DNA from: Bacteroidaceae bacterium
GTDB taxonomy: Bacteria > Bacteroidota > Bacteroidia > Bacteroidales > Bacteroidaceae
Reading direction: 5' to 3'
DNA length: 64,000 bases
Assembly: GCA_045589695.1 (NCBI GenBank)
Contig: JAZNPP010000056.1
Coordinates: forward strand, 2,100 to 66,099
Translations under genes and position numbers: made by a program
Notes under the pieces: model-generated
What the model was told of the DNA's origin: nothing
What the model saw: only the letters and a program-made list of their open reading frames with translations
The model's database searches: none
Part shown: positions 9,041 through 18,412 of the stretch, piece after piece
How the letters are laid out: the number at the start of each line of letters is the position of its first letter
Numbering within the stretch: the stretch's first letter is position 1

Positions 9041-10310
9041 TGTCGGCATATTGCGTTCTTCGCGGATAAGCTTCGATTTAATCGGGAGTTTCAGCTCCTC
9101 AGCGGGAAAGGCCGCTGTAAAAAACGACGTTTTCATCGAGAACGGAAAACTCTCTTTTGGCGGCAGACTGTATGACTCGCTCAAGTTTACTCCATGTAAC
9201 GGCGATTCTCTCTTTACCTTGCATGACGTTACGATAGGCGTGAACTTCCATTGGCAAAGAAAGGAGTCGCAAAGCTTTAAAGGCGAGTTGCTTTTTATTG
9301 TCGAAGATAACGAGGCGCGTGCCATTAACAGAATTGCGGTCGAGGATTATCTCGTAAGCGTAATATCGAGCGAGATGTCCGCAACTTCTTCTCTTGAATT
9401 CCTTAAGGCTCATGCTGTTATATCACGCAGTTGGCTTTATGCGCAGCTCGAAAGAAAACAAAAGGTTGAATACGGAACATTGGGCTTTGAGAACGAAAAA
9501 GAGGTAGTGCGTTGGTACGCAAGGGAGGACCACACGCTGTTTGACTTCTGTGCCGACGACCATTGCCAACGTTATCAGGGCATTACCCGTGCCGCAAATC
9601 CTAACGTGGCTCTTGCTGTGAATGAGACAAGGAATCTGGTGCTTAAGTACGACGGCGAGGTCTGCGATGCCCGTTTCAGCAAGTGCTGCGGCGGAGTGAC
9701 GGAACTTTTCTCTTCGTGTTGGGAAAGTGCGGAATATCCGTATCTCAAGGCTCTCAGGGATGCCGCGGGTTGCGGGCCTGTTCCCGTTCTTTCGACCGAA
9801 GAGGGGGCAAGAATGTGGATAGAGTCATCGCCCGAATCTTTCTGTTCAACAACGGAAAAAGTTGTGCTGTCGCAGATACTTAACGGCTACGACAAGGAGA
9901 CCAATGACTTCTACCGTTGGCGTGTGGAATATTCGCAGAGCGAGCTTTCTGAACTTGTAGCGGAGCGCTCCGGTATCGATTTCGGAACAATCGAGGAACT
10001 TGTGCCGATTGAACGGGGCTCTTCGGGCAGGATAGTGAGACTGCGTGTGGCAGGCAGCAAGGCGGAACGCATTGTCGGCAAAGAACTCGAGATACGTCGT
10101 TGGCTCTCGAAGAGCCACCTCTACAGTTCGGCTTTTGTCGTTGATAAGGTCATGCGTGACGGAGTATGCTTCTTTGTCATCAAAGGCGCTGGCTGGGGGC
10201 ACGGAGTCGGACTTTGCCAAATTGGAGCCGCAATGATGGGCGAGCAAGGTATGGGTTATAAGGCGATTCTTGCCCGTTATTACCCTGGCGCATCTTTGGA
10301 AAGTGCGTGA
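9027..10310 (+). CDS. SpoIID/LytB domain-containing protein
   Basis: 427-aa ORF with SpoIID-family blocks AVISRSWLYAQ, DFCADDHCQRYQG, RFSKCCGGVTE and GHGVGLCQIGAAMMGEQGMGYKAILARYYPGASLE. Its ATG lies 14 nt inside the preceding ORF. Confidence 0.8.
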   Translation: MKTIDVGILRSSRISFDLIGSFSSSAGKAAVKNDVFIENGKLSFGGRLYDSLKFTPCNGDSLFTLHDVTIGVNFHWQRKESQSFKGELLFIVEDNEARAINRIAVEDYLVSVISSEMSATSSLEFLKAHAVISRSWLYAQLERKQKVEYGTLGFENEKEVVRWYAREDHTLFDFCADDHCQRYQGITRAANPNVALAVNETRNLVLKYDGEVCDARFSKCCGGVTELFSSCWESAEYPYLKALRDAAGCGPVPVLSTEEGARMWIESSPESFCSTTEKVVLSQILNGYDKETNDFYRWRVEYSQSELSELVAERSGIDFGTIEELVPIERGSSGRIVRLRVAGSKAERIVGKELEIRRWLSKSHLYSSAFVVDKVMRDGVCFFVIKGAGWGHGVGLCQIGAAMMGEQGMGYKAILARYYPGASLESA

Positions 10311-10464
10311 ATGAAATTATTATTGTTGAATAAAACATGCGTATTTAATCTTTTTTTATAAAAAATGTATTTTGTAAGAAACTATTTAGTACTTTTATAC
10401 AGCAATTTCATAATATTAAACAAATATTTCCGTTACCTATTATAAGCAATAATATATTTCTTGA

Positions 10465-11667
10465 ATGAAGATTCTATTTATCACCGACAATTTCCCGCCG
10501 GAAGTAAATGCGCCGGCGACACGAACATACGAGCATTGCAAGGAATGGGTAAATGCCGGTCACGACGTGACGGTCATAACTTGCCATCCTAATTTTCCTG
10601 TCGGGCGTGTGTATGATGGGTATAAGAACACATGGAAAAAAAAGGAGGTTGTCGATGGAATAAACGTTATCCGTGTCTGGACGTACATTTCATCAAACAG
10701 AGGCTTCTTAAAACGAATACTTGATTATATAAGCTTCTCGGTCACATCATTTTTGGCGGGTCTTTTCTGCAAGTGCGACGTTATTATAGCCACTTCGCCT
10801 CAATTCTTTACGGCCTTGTCGGGCAGGACTCTCCATTTTTTCAAACGTAAGCCGTGGATAATGGAGGTGCGTGATTTGTGGCCGGATTCAATAAAGACTG
10901 TCGGCGCAATGAAAGAAGGTTTGGTGCTGCGTTACTTCTCTAAAGAAGAGATGTGGTGCTACCGCTCTGCCAAAAAGATTGTCGTTGTGACTGATACGTT
11001 CAAGAAAATCATATCGGAGCGAGGCATTGACCCCGAAAAGATACATGTTATAAAAAACGGCAGTAACCTCGAACTGTTCACGTCCCGTGAGAAACCGAAA
11101 GAGCTTGTTGAAAAATACGGGCTTGAAGGAAAACGTGTATTGGGTTATGTGGGTACAATAGGCATGGCGCATAATATCGCTTTCCTTATAGATTGCGTGA
11201 AAGACTTGCCCGAATATAAGTTCATGATATTGGGCGAGGGCGCAGAAAAGGACAATCTTAAAAAGAAGGTTGCGGACGAAGGCATTGATAATGTCTTTTT
11301 TATCGACTCCGTATCAAAGGATAAGGTTGCCGATTATGTTGCTCTGCAGGATGCGGCTCTTGTTAATTTGCGTCGTGACCCTCTTTTTACTACGGTAATA
11401 CCTTCGAAAATTTTTGAGACCGCCGCCATGCGCATACCTATCTTGTTGGGAGTGGACGGCGAGGCGCGTTCATTGGTCGAGAAATACAATGCCGGTCTCT
11501 TTTATGAGCCCGAAAACAGGGACGACTTTCTTAAGAAGCTCGACTCGCTTTTTAAAGACAAGGATGTCTATGCCGCATGCCAAGAGGGCGGAGTTAAGCT
11601 GTCAATGGATTTTGACCGCAAAAAATTAGCGGCACGCATGCTCGAAGTGGTAACTGATGCAAAATAA
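10465..11667 (+). CDS. family-4 glycosyltransferase (WbuB-like)
   Basis: 400-aa ORF. N-terminal MKILFITDNFPPEVNAPATRTYE and C-terminal PSKIFETAAMRIPIL (E-x7-E region) are typical of GT4 retaining transferases. Confidence 0.8.
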   Translation: MKILFITDNFPPEVNAPATRTYEHCKEWVNAGHDVTVITCHPNFPVGRVYDGYKNTWKKKEVVDGINVIRVWTYISSNRGFLKRILDYISFSVTSFLAGLFCKCDVIIATSPQFFTALSGRTLHFFKRKPWIMEVRDLWPDSIKTVGAMKEGLVLRYFSKEEMWCYRSAKKIVVVTDTFKKIISERGIDPEKIHVIKNGSNLELFTSREKPKELVEKYGLEGKRVLGYVGTIGMAHNIAFLIDCVKDLPEYKFMILGEGAEKDNLKKKVADEGIDNVFFIDSVSKDKVADYVALQDAALVNLRRDPLFTTVIPSKIFETAAMRIPILLGVDGEARSLVEKYNAGLFYEPENRDDFLKKLDSLFKDKDVYAACQEGGVKLSMDFDRKKLAARMLEVVTDAK

Positions 11668-11676
11668 AGGATCGTT

Positions 11677-12291
11677 ATGGCTATGAAAGACGGAATGAAT
11701 GCCTTTGAACGTGCTATAAAACGTATCTTCGATGTCATTTGCTCGTTTCTTGGACTCGTTGTCTTGTCTCCTTTGTTTTTGGTGATATTTGTCGTGCAGC
11801 TTGCGCAAAGTCACAAAGGAGGCGCCATCTTCAGCCAAAAAAGAATTGGGTACAAAGGCAGGCCTTTCCGTATATATAAGTTCAGGACAATGTATGCCGG
11901 CTCGGAATCGGACGGCGAGCCTAAATTGGCGGTCAAGGACGACGAGAGGCTGACAAAGGTGGGCAAATTTCTTAGGGAATACCACCTTGACGAGCTTCCG
12001 CAACTTTACAATGTCCTTGTAGGCGACATGTCTTTCGTCGGGCCTCGTCCCGAACGTGAATATTTTATTGATAAGATAAGAGAGAAAAACCCCGACTACG
12101 ATTATATATTCCTTATGCGTCCGGGCTTGACGTCTAAGGCTACCATATACAATGGATATACCGACACTATGGAGAAGATGCTTGTGCGTCTGGATATGGA
12201 TCTTGATTATTTTCGGAATCGCTCTCTTTGGGTCGATATCAAGATAATAGCGACAACGGCCCTTTATATTATAGGCGGAAAGAAATTCTAA
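11677..12291 (+). CDS. small monotopic phosphoglycosyl transferase (bacterial sugar transferase, PglC/WbaP C-terminal type)
   Basis: 204-aa ORF with an N-terminal re-entrant hydrophobic helix, KFRTM, the LDELPQL catalytic Asp-Glu dyad context, and MSFVGPRPE. Confidence 0.85.
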   Translation: MAMKDGMNAFERAIKRIFDVICSFLGLVVLSPLFLVIFVVQLAQSHKGGAIFSQKRIGYKGRPFRIYKFRTMYAGSESDGEPKLAVKDDERLTKVGKFLREYHLDELPQLYNVLVGDMSFVGPRPEREYFIDKIREKNPDYDYIFLMRPGLTSKATIYNGYTDTMEKMLVRLDMDLDYFRNRSLWVDIKIIATTALYIIGGKKF

Positions 12292-12317
12292 GAAGCGGTT
12301 TCAGCCGCGTCTGTCCG

Positions 12318-12794
12318 TTATTTCTCCAGCTCGCATTCGCTGAACATGAACTCCTTTTCGGCGATATCTTTCGGGAAACAGTAATATGTCATCTCTGCGG
12401 TAGAGCATGTCGTGCCGTTGTGCGTTATCGCTGCTTCTATGAACACGAAGTTACGTTTTGTCTCTCTCACGCGGGCACGTACCTCAATTATAATGTCTTT
12501 TCCTGTGGGCACAGGCTTTTTGTACTTTACGTTCAGGTTTGTCGTCATGCCCGATGTCTGGAATTTGCGCGCTATTATCCAGCCGCCGATTTCGTCGAGC
12601 AGAGTGGCTTGGATGCCGCCGTGCAGAGTGTTCAGCCAGCCCTGATAATTGTCCTGCGGGTTCCATAGCGAAACGATGTCGTCTCCGTCTTCGTAGAATT
12701 CCATTTTCAGGCCGTAGGGGTTGCCCGGAGCGCATGCGAAACAGTTGTATCCCTGGTCTGTGAGCCCTATCCACGGGTTTTTGATTTTCTTCAT
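12318..12794 (-). CDS. hotdog-fold (PaaI-like) thioesterase
   Basis: 158-aa ORF. It has an N-terminal CFACAPGNPYGL zinc-ribbon-like start followed by a LHGGIQATLLDE hotdog core. Confidence 0.65.
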   Translation of the reverse strand: MKKIKNPWIGLTDQGYNCFACAPGNPYGLKMEFYEDGDDIVSLWNPQDNYQGWLNTLHGGIQATLLDEIGGWIIARKFQTSGMTTNLNVKYKKPVPTGKDIIIEVRARVRETKRNFVFIEAAITHNGTTCSTAEMTYYCFPKDIAEKEFMFSECELEK

Positions 12795-12820
12795 GATCTT
12801 TTATTTTTATTGTCTGCTTG

Positions 12821-12828
12821 CGAAGATA
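12821..12828 (-). promoter_or_regulatory. -7 promoter box for the thioesterase gene
   Basis: The minus strand reads TATCTTCG, 27 nt upstream of the ATG at 12794. Confidence 0.45.
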
Positions 12829-12913
12829 TCCCAAATCCGGAACATACATCCCGTTCATGGCTCTATTTTTGTTTTTTTTAGCATGTTTGCAGAAACCTTT
12901 CGCCTAAAATGTC

Positions 12914-12921
12914 TAACTTTG
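12914..12921 (+). promoter_or_regulatory. -7 promoter box for ruvX-def-TPR
   Basis: TAACTTTG (exact TAnnTTTG), 20 nt before the ruvX ATG. Confidence 0.5.
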
Positions 12922-12940
12922 CGGACAAAATGTACTTTCC

Positions 12941-13366
12941 ATGGCAAGGATACTGGCGATAGACTACGGCAAAAAGAGAACGGGCCTGGCGGTTACCGAC
13001 GAGCTTCAGATAATTGCGAACGGCCTTACTACGGTCGCTACGGCGGAACTTGTAGACTTTCTGCTCGATTATGTCGCCAGAGAGCCTGTCGAACTTATCG
13101 TTGTAGGCATGCCTAAGCAGATGGATAATACGCCCTCGGAGAACATGGGACGCATAAGGCCGTTTGTAGGCCGCATACGCAAGCTGCTGCCCGGAATTCC
13201 TGTCGAGTATCACGACGAACGTTTTACCTCGGTGCTGGCTCACCAGGCTATTCTCGCTTCGGGCATAGGCAAGATGGCACGCCGCAACAAGGAACTCGTA
13301 GACGAGGTGAGCGCTACCATAATACTGCAGTCGTACATGGAGAGCCGCAGAATGAGAAAAGAGTAA
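12941..13366 (+). CDS. ruvX: Holliday junction resolvase-like / pre-16S rRNA nuclease
   Basis: 141-aa ORF with the MARILAIDYGKKRTGLAVTD YqgF signature. Confidence 0.85.
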   Translation: MARILAIDYGKKRTGLAVTDELQIIANGLTTVATAELVDFLLDYVAREPVELIVVGMPKQMDNTPSENMGRIRPFVGRIRKLLPGIPVEYHDERFTSVLAHQAILASGIGKMARRNKELVDEVSATIILQSYMESRRMRKE

Positions 13367-13384
13367 TAGTTAAACAGACGAATA

Positions 13385-13942
13385 ATGATACTACCTATTT
13401 ATCTTTACGGACAGCCCGTACTGAAAAAAATCGCCGAGGACATCACGCCCGATTATCCTCAGCTCAGTGAGCTCATAGAAAATATGTTCGAAACGATGCA
13501 TCATGCCGAAGGTATCGGCCTCGCCGCTCCGCAGATAGGTCTGGCGATACGCCTTGTTGTCATAGACCTTGATGTGCTGTCGGACGATTATCCCGAATTC
13601 GCCGGTTTCCGCAGGGTTTATATCAACGCTCATATCATTGAGACATCCGATGAGACCGACTCTATGGAAGAAGGCTGTCTGAGCCTTCCCGGAATTCATG
13701 AGAAGGTAAGCCGCCCGTCACGTGTACATGTGCAGTATCTCGACGAGAACTTCGTTGAGCATGACGAGTGGGTGGACGGTTATCTCGCCCGTGTCATGCA
13801 GCACGAATTCGACCATCTCGAAGGCAAGGTCTTTTCGGACCGCCTCTCGCCGCTTCGCCGTCAGATGAACAAGAACAAGCTCGGAAATCTTCTCAAGGGC
13901 AAGGTCAGCTGCAACTACAAGACAAAAAGAACGCTTAGATGA
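13385..13942 (+). CDS. def: peptide deformylase
   Basis: 185-aa ORF with [18 protein letters not shown] and QHEFDHLEG motifs. Confidence 0.92.
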   Translation: MILPIYLYGQPVLKKIAEDITPDYPQLSELIENMFETMHHAEGIGLAAPQIGLAIRLVVIDLDVLSDDYPEFAGFRRVYINAHIIETSDETDSMEEGCLSLPGIHEKVSRPSRVHVQYLDENFVEHDEWVDGYLARVMQHEFDHLEGKVFSDRLSPLRRQMNKNKLGNLLKGKVSCNYKTKRTLR

Positions 13943-15936
13943 GAGCGCTGAAGGCTATAATCCTTTATTGCCTGCTGTGCGTGCCGGCTCTGTGCAGCTC
14001 GCAGCTCAACACCGCGCGTGTTATGGAAATAGGTCGCAATGCGCTCTATTTCGAGGATTATGTGCTTTCGATACAATATTTCAACAAGGTCATCGACGCT
14101 AAGCCGTTCCTTCACGAGCCCTACTTCTACCGCGGGTTGGCGAAATTCTACCTCGACGACTTCGTCGGGGCTTCGGAGGATTTCACAACGGCTATCGCCA
14201 AGAACCCGTATGTGGCGCAGTGTTATCAGCTGAGGGGCATGTGCCTGGCACGTATCGACAGTCTTGCGCTTGCCGAAAAGGACTTCCGTACGGCTATAAA
14301 ATATGACCCTCAGAATCCCAATCTGTGGCAGAATCTCGGAGTGCTTGCCATACAGGAGGGGGATTGGCAAAAGGCATCGAATGTAGTGGATTCGCTCCTT
14401 CTGTTCTCGCCCCGTAACAGTAGCGCATATCTGATGCGTACTCAGGTGTCGCTTAACTCCGGCGATACGCTGCTGGCGCTCGAAATGGCCGAAAAAGCCG
14501 TCATGCACGACAAGTTCTCGGCCGACGTGTACGACGCGAGAGCTATCGTGCATTACGAAATGGGAAACTATGAGGCCGCCGAAAAAGATCTTGACCGTGC
14601 GGTGGAACTGATGCCGGCACGCAGCGGGAGTTACATCAACCGTGCGTTGGTCCGCTATTACAGGAATAACCTTCGTGGCGCGATGGAGGACTACGACATG
14701 GCTCTTTACGTTGAGCCCGGAAGCTTCCTTGCCCGCTACAACCGAGGACTGCTGCGCATGACGGTCGGCGACGACAATCTTGCCATTGAGGACTTCGACA
14801 AAGTGCTTGAGATTGACCCCGACAATACGATGGCGCGCTTCAACCGTGCGTTGCTGCGCGAGAACGTGGGCGATTACCGGGGCGCTATAAGCGATTACAA
14901 TATCGTTATCGACAATTATCCTAACTTTGAACAGGCGTACAGCTGCCGTGCGTCGGCGCGCCGCAAGGCGGGCGATGCTGAAGGTGCCGAAGCCGACGAG
15001 AAATGGCTCTTTAAACGCCAGCTCGATATCTACAACAACGGCGTCGAGTCGGTAAGCGAAGAGTATTCTGCCGAAAATGACAAGACCCGCAAACGTTCCG
15101 ACGAGAATGTACGCAACTACAACAAGATGGTTGTCGCCGACAACGCATACGGCAAGCAATACACGACAGAGTACCGTGGCAGAGTGCAGGACAGGAATGT
15201 TTTTGTGGAACTTGAGCCCTTCTTCGTTCTTACATATTACAAGAACGAAAAGGAACTCGAAGAGACATCGGACTATTGCAAGCAGCTCGAAGAACTGAAT
15301 GCCACGTTGAGTCTTCCCCTTCTGCTTGCGAACGACGAGCGTGCTTTGGCGGGCAACGAAGTCGAGCGTTGCTTTGACAATATAAACACCCTCTCGAAAC
15401 GGATATCGGAAAATCCGGAGTCGCCTAAAGAACTCATGCTCCGATCGCTCAACCACTATTTCGTTCAGGACATGGAGTCCGCAATGGCCGACATAGACAG
15501 GGCTGTAGCATGCGGCGGCGCTTCGTGGGAACTCTTCTTCGTGCGTTCTTTCATACGCTATAAACTGCTTGAGACTCAGCGGCTCGGCAAAGAGGACGGT
15601 GCGGGCCCGAGACACGACGCCTTGCCGAGCCTTGACTACCGTCTTGTCAAGAACGACCTTGACGCTGTGCTTGAGCTGCAGCCTGGCTTTGTCCATGCGT
15701 TGTTCAACAGGGCGAACGTGTCGGCCAAACTGAACGACTTCAAGTCGGCGATAGTGGACTACACGAAAGCGCTGGAGGCCAATGACCGCTTTGCCGAAGC
15801 CTATTTCAACCGCGGCCTCGCGAGGCTGTATACAGGCAGTGCCGAAGCGGGCATCGCCGACCTGAGCAAGGCGGGCGAGCTGGGAATCTTTCAGGCATAC
15901 AACGTGATAAAGCGTTTCCAGTATTCGGGAAAGTGA
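13939..15936 (+). CDS. secreted tetratricopeptide-repeat protein
   Basis: 665-aa ORF. It has a signal peptide (ALCSSQ) and many TPR units ([33 protein letters not shown]). It overlaps the def stop by 4 nt. Confidence 0.8.
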   Translation: MRALKAIILYCLLCVPALCSSQLNTARVMEIGRNALYFEDYVLSIQYFNKVIDAKPFLHEPYFYRGLAKFYLDDFVGASEDFTTAIAKNPYVAQCYQLRGMCLARIDSLALAEKDFRTAIKYDPQNPNLWQNLGVLAIQEGDWQKASNVVDSLLLFSPRNSSAYLMRTQVSLNSGDTLLALEMAEKAVMHDKFSADVYDARAIVHYEMGNYEAAEKDLDRAVELMPARSGSYINRALVRYYRNNLRGAMEDYDMALYVEPGSFLARYNRGLLRMTVGDDNLAIEDFDKVLEIDPDNTMARFNRALLRENVGDYRGAISDYNIVIDNYPNFEQAYSCRASARRKAGDAEGAEADEKWLFKRQLDIYNNGVESVSEEYSAENDKTRKRSDENVRNYNKMVVADNAYGKQYTTEYRGRVQDRNVFVELEPFFVLTYYKNEKELEETSDYCKQLEELNATLSLPLLLANDERALAGNEVERCFDNINTLSKRISENPESPKELMLRSLNHYFVQDMESAMADIDRAVACGGASWELFFVRSFIRYKLLETQRLGKEDGAGPRHDALPSLDYRLVKNDLDAVLELQPGFVHALFNRANVSAKLNDFKSAIVDYTKALEANDRFAEAYFNRGLARLYTGSAEAGIADLSKAGELGIFQAYNVIKRFQYSGK

Positions 15937-16002
15937 CGGCCGGGCGGCAGCGGCTTTATTGCTAAAATGGCGTAACTCTTTGCTGATTGTCGGTTTTTTC
16001 AC

Positions 16003-16010
16003 TATCTTCG
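16003..16010 (+). promoter_or_regulatory. -7 promoter box for thrS
   Basis: TATCTTCG with an upstream TTTG at 15979-15982 (a -33-like element about 20 nt away), 57 nt before the thrS ATG. Confidence 0.55.
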
Positions 16011-16066
16011 CACTTGAAAAGGCAGCGCCTTTAATTTAAATAGATTAAGAATTAATAGATACGTAT

Positions 16067-18028
16067 ATGATCAGAATTTCATTCAACGGTGATGTACGCG
16101 AGTTTGCCGCAGAGGGCAAGTCGTACATTGAACTTATATCATCGGTCGATCCTAAGCTGCTCGGCAGCTATGTAGCGGTAAAGGACGGCGACAACGTGAT
16201 TGATTTGCGTGACGTTCCTGCCGACGGCGCCTGTGTTGAACTTGTAGGCCTTGACTCAAAAGAGGCATTGCATGTGTTGCGTCATACGGCTACGCACATT
16301 ATGGCCGAGGCTGTGAAGCATCTCTTCCCCGAAGCCAAGCTTACCATAGGTCCCGCTACCGATACAGGTTTCTTCTATGACTTCGAGTGCGCTCCGTTCA
16401 CTAAAGAGAACCTCGATGCGATAGAGAAAGAGATGAAGAAAATCATCAAGTCAAGTCCCCGTATCGAGCGTCAGGTAGTGACGCGTGATGAGGCTATCGC
16501 AATGATGAAGGCCAAGAACGAGCCCTATAAACTCGAACTTATCGACGCGATACCCGGCGACGACAGAATAACCATATATTCTCAGGACGACTTCGCCGAC
16601 TTGTGCATGGGTCCCCATCTGCTCAATACACGCCTTATCAAGGGCTTCAAGCTTCTTTCTACCTCTACCGCATATTGGCGAGGCGACAAGAACAACGCTT
16701 CGCTGTCACGTATATACGGTACGGCTTTCTTCACCAAAGAGGATTGCGAGGCGTATCTGGCGCACCTTGAGCATATAAAGAATATCGACCATAACAAGAT
16801 TGGCCGTGAAATGGAACTCTTCACGACTGTCGATGTTATCGGCCAGGGCTTGCCCTTGCTCATGCCGAAGGGAGCTAAGATTGTTCAGACCCTTCAGCGC
16901 TGGATAGAGGATATTGAGGACAACGAGTGGGGCTATATACGCACTAAGACCCCTCTTATGGCAAAGAGCGACCTTTATAAAATATCAGGTCACTGGGACC
17001 ACTACAAAGAAGGCATGTTCGTCCTCGGTAACGAAGAGACCGACAAAGAGGTGTTCGCATTGCGTCCTATGACATGTCCGTTCCAGTACTATGTCTACAA
17101 GGCTACGCATCACTCATACCGTGACCTGCCTTTGCGTTACAGCGAGACATCGACCCTGTTCCGCAACGAAGACTCAGGCGAGATGCACGGCTTGACGCGT
17201 GTACGCCAGTTCACAATCAGCGAGGGTCACCTCATAGTACGTCCGGACCAGATGGTCGAAGAGTTCAAGAAGTGCCTTGCTCTTGCAAAGCATGTCATGG
17301 AGACCCTCGGCCTGCAGAATGACGTTACATACGTTCTTGCCAAGTGGGACCCCGAAAACCGCAAGAAGTATATCGGCGAAGCCGAAGTCTGGGAAGAGAC
17401 GCAGCAGCATATCCGTGAGATGCTTACCGAGCTTGAGATACCTTTTGTCGAAGAGACGGGCGGCGCTGCGTTCTACGGCCCGAAGGTCGATATCAATGCC
17501 AAGAACGTTTACGGCAAGGAAGACACTATGATTACCGTACAGTGGGACGCTCTGCTTGCGGCACAGTTCGACATGTATTATGTAGACCAGAACGGCGAGA
17601 AGGTGCGTCCTTACATCATCCACCGTACAAGCATGGGCTGCTACGAGCGTACTCTCGCATGGCTTATCGAGAAATACGAGGGCAAATTCCCCACATGGCT
17701 CGCTCCTGAGCAGGTGCGCATTCTGCCGATCTCGGAAAAATACGGCGACTACGCCAACGAGGTGGCTGCGGAGCTGAGAAAGAACGGCGTTCTTGTCCAT
17801 GTCGATAACCGTTCCGAAAAGATTGGCTACAAGATACGCGAGGCCCGCAATAACCGTGTGCCTTACATGCTTGTACTCGGCCAGCAGGAGGAAGAGAACC
17901 GTACCGTTGCCGTGCGTAGCCGCTTTGCGGGCGACGAGGGCGTTAAACCGATTCAGGAGTTCGTTTCCGCTATTTGCGAGGAGATACGTACCAAGACAAT
18001 ACGTAAAGAGGCCGTTCAGGCAGAATGA
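16067..18028 (+). CDS. thrS: threonine--tRNA ligase
   Basis: 653-aa ORF. It has an N-terminal TGS-like region, the editing-domain motif HVLRHTATHIMAEA, a class II catalytic core (FRNEDSGEMHGLTRVRQFT) and a C-terminal anticodon-binding domain. Confidence 0.92.
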   Translation: MIRISFNGDVREFAAEGKSYIELISSVDPKLLGSYVAVKDGDNVIDLRDVPADGACVELVGLDSKEALHVLRHTATHIMAEAVKHLFPEAKLTIGPATDTGFFYDFECAPFTKENLDAIEKEMKKIIKSSPRIERQVVTRDEAIAMMKAKNEPYKLELIDAIPGDDRITIYSQDDFADLCMGPHLLNTRLIKGFKLLSTSTAYWRGDKNNASLSRIYGTAFFTKEDCEAYLAHLEHIKNIDHNKIGREMELFTTVDVIGQGLPLLMPKGAKIVQTLQRWIEDIEDNEWGYIRTKTPLMAKSDLYKISGHWDHYKEGMFVLGNEETDKEVFALRPMTCPFQYYVYKATHHSYRDLPLRYSETSTLFRNEDSGEMHGLTRVRQFTISEGHLIVRPDQMVEEFKKCLALAKHVMETLGLQNDVTYVLAKWDPENRKKYIGEAEVWEETQQHIREMLTELEIPFVEETGGAAFYGPKVDINAKNVYGKEDTMITVQWDALLAAQFDMYYVDQNGEKVRPYIIHRTSMGCYERTLAWLIEKYEGKFPTWLAPEQVRILPISEKYGDYANEVAAELRKNGVLVHVDNRSEKIGYKIREARNNRVPYMLVLGQQEEENRTVAVRSRFAGDEGVKPIQEFVSAICEEIRTKTIRKEAVQAE

Positions 18029-18049
18029 CAGATGCGATGAATTATACAG

Positions 18050-18086
18050 GCGACTTCCGAGCCATGGCTCGGAGGTCGCTGTTTCT
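18050..18086 (+). terminator. intrinsic terminator after thrS
   Basis: GCGACTTCCGAGCC-ATGG-CTCGGAGGTCGC stem (one G-U) followed by TGTTTCTT, 22 nt after the thrS stop. Confidence 0.65.
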
Positions 18087-18342
18087 TGAGGGCTTTGCGG
18101 TATTCAGAAAAACGGAGGTGGGCAAGGCGGCTAAGGCTCCGTTTTCAAAGCCGAAAGTTAATCACCTGTTGGCGGCATCCGTTACCGCAATTCATGCGGC
18201 ATCATCTTCACCGATGCCGCGCATGACGGAATGCGGCACGTGTCGTCGAAGCTTCGCTTTAATCGTTTGGCATTTCAGCAACTTTTTTGCCTTTAGGGCG
18301 AAAAAAAAACCGAAACCTCTTCGTTATGTGATAAATATATGA

Positions 18343-18350
18343 TAAATTTG
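18343..18350 (+). promoter_or_regulatory. -7 promoter box for infC-rpmI-rplT
   Basis: TAAATTTG (exact consensus), 63 nt before the infC ATG. Confidence 0.5.
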
Positions 18351-18412
18351 CAACCGATTTTGAAAAGTTATGCCCTTAGGGCTTAGGTAAAAAGGAACTT
18401 ATATAATTTTTA

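Noticed and set aside
13915-16002. A 695-aa stop-free ORF on the minus strand covering the whole TPR gene
   Set aside because: Its translation is Arg/Val/His-rich and motif-free, and it has no promoter box or plausible start context. The plus-strand frame encodes a signal peptide plus many canonical TPR units and is coupled to def by a 4-nt overlap. It is most likely an antisense artefact of the repetitive Ala/Asp/Leu/Arg codon usage of the TPR gene. Its length is unusual but I see no evidence for expression.
18025-18342. A 105-aa ORF in the thrS-infC spacer
   Set aside because: It starts inside the thrS stop region, runs through the thrS terminator and several GC-rich hairpins, and has no promoter box. 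It is treated as non-coding structured spacer.
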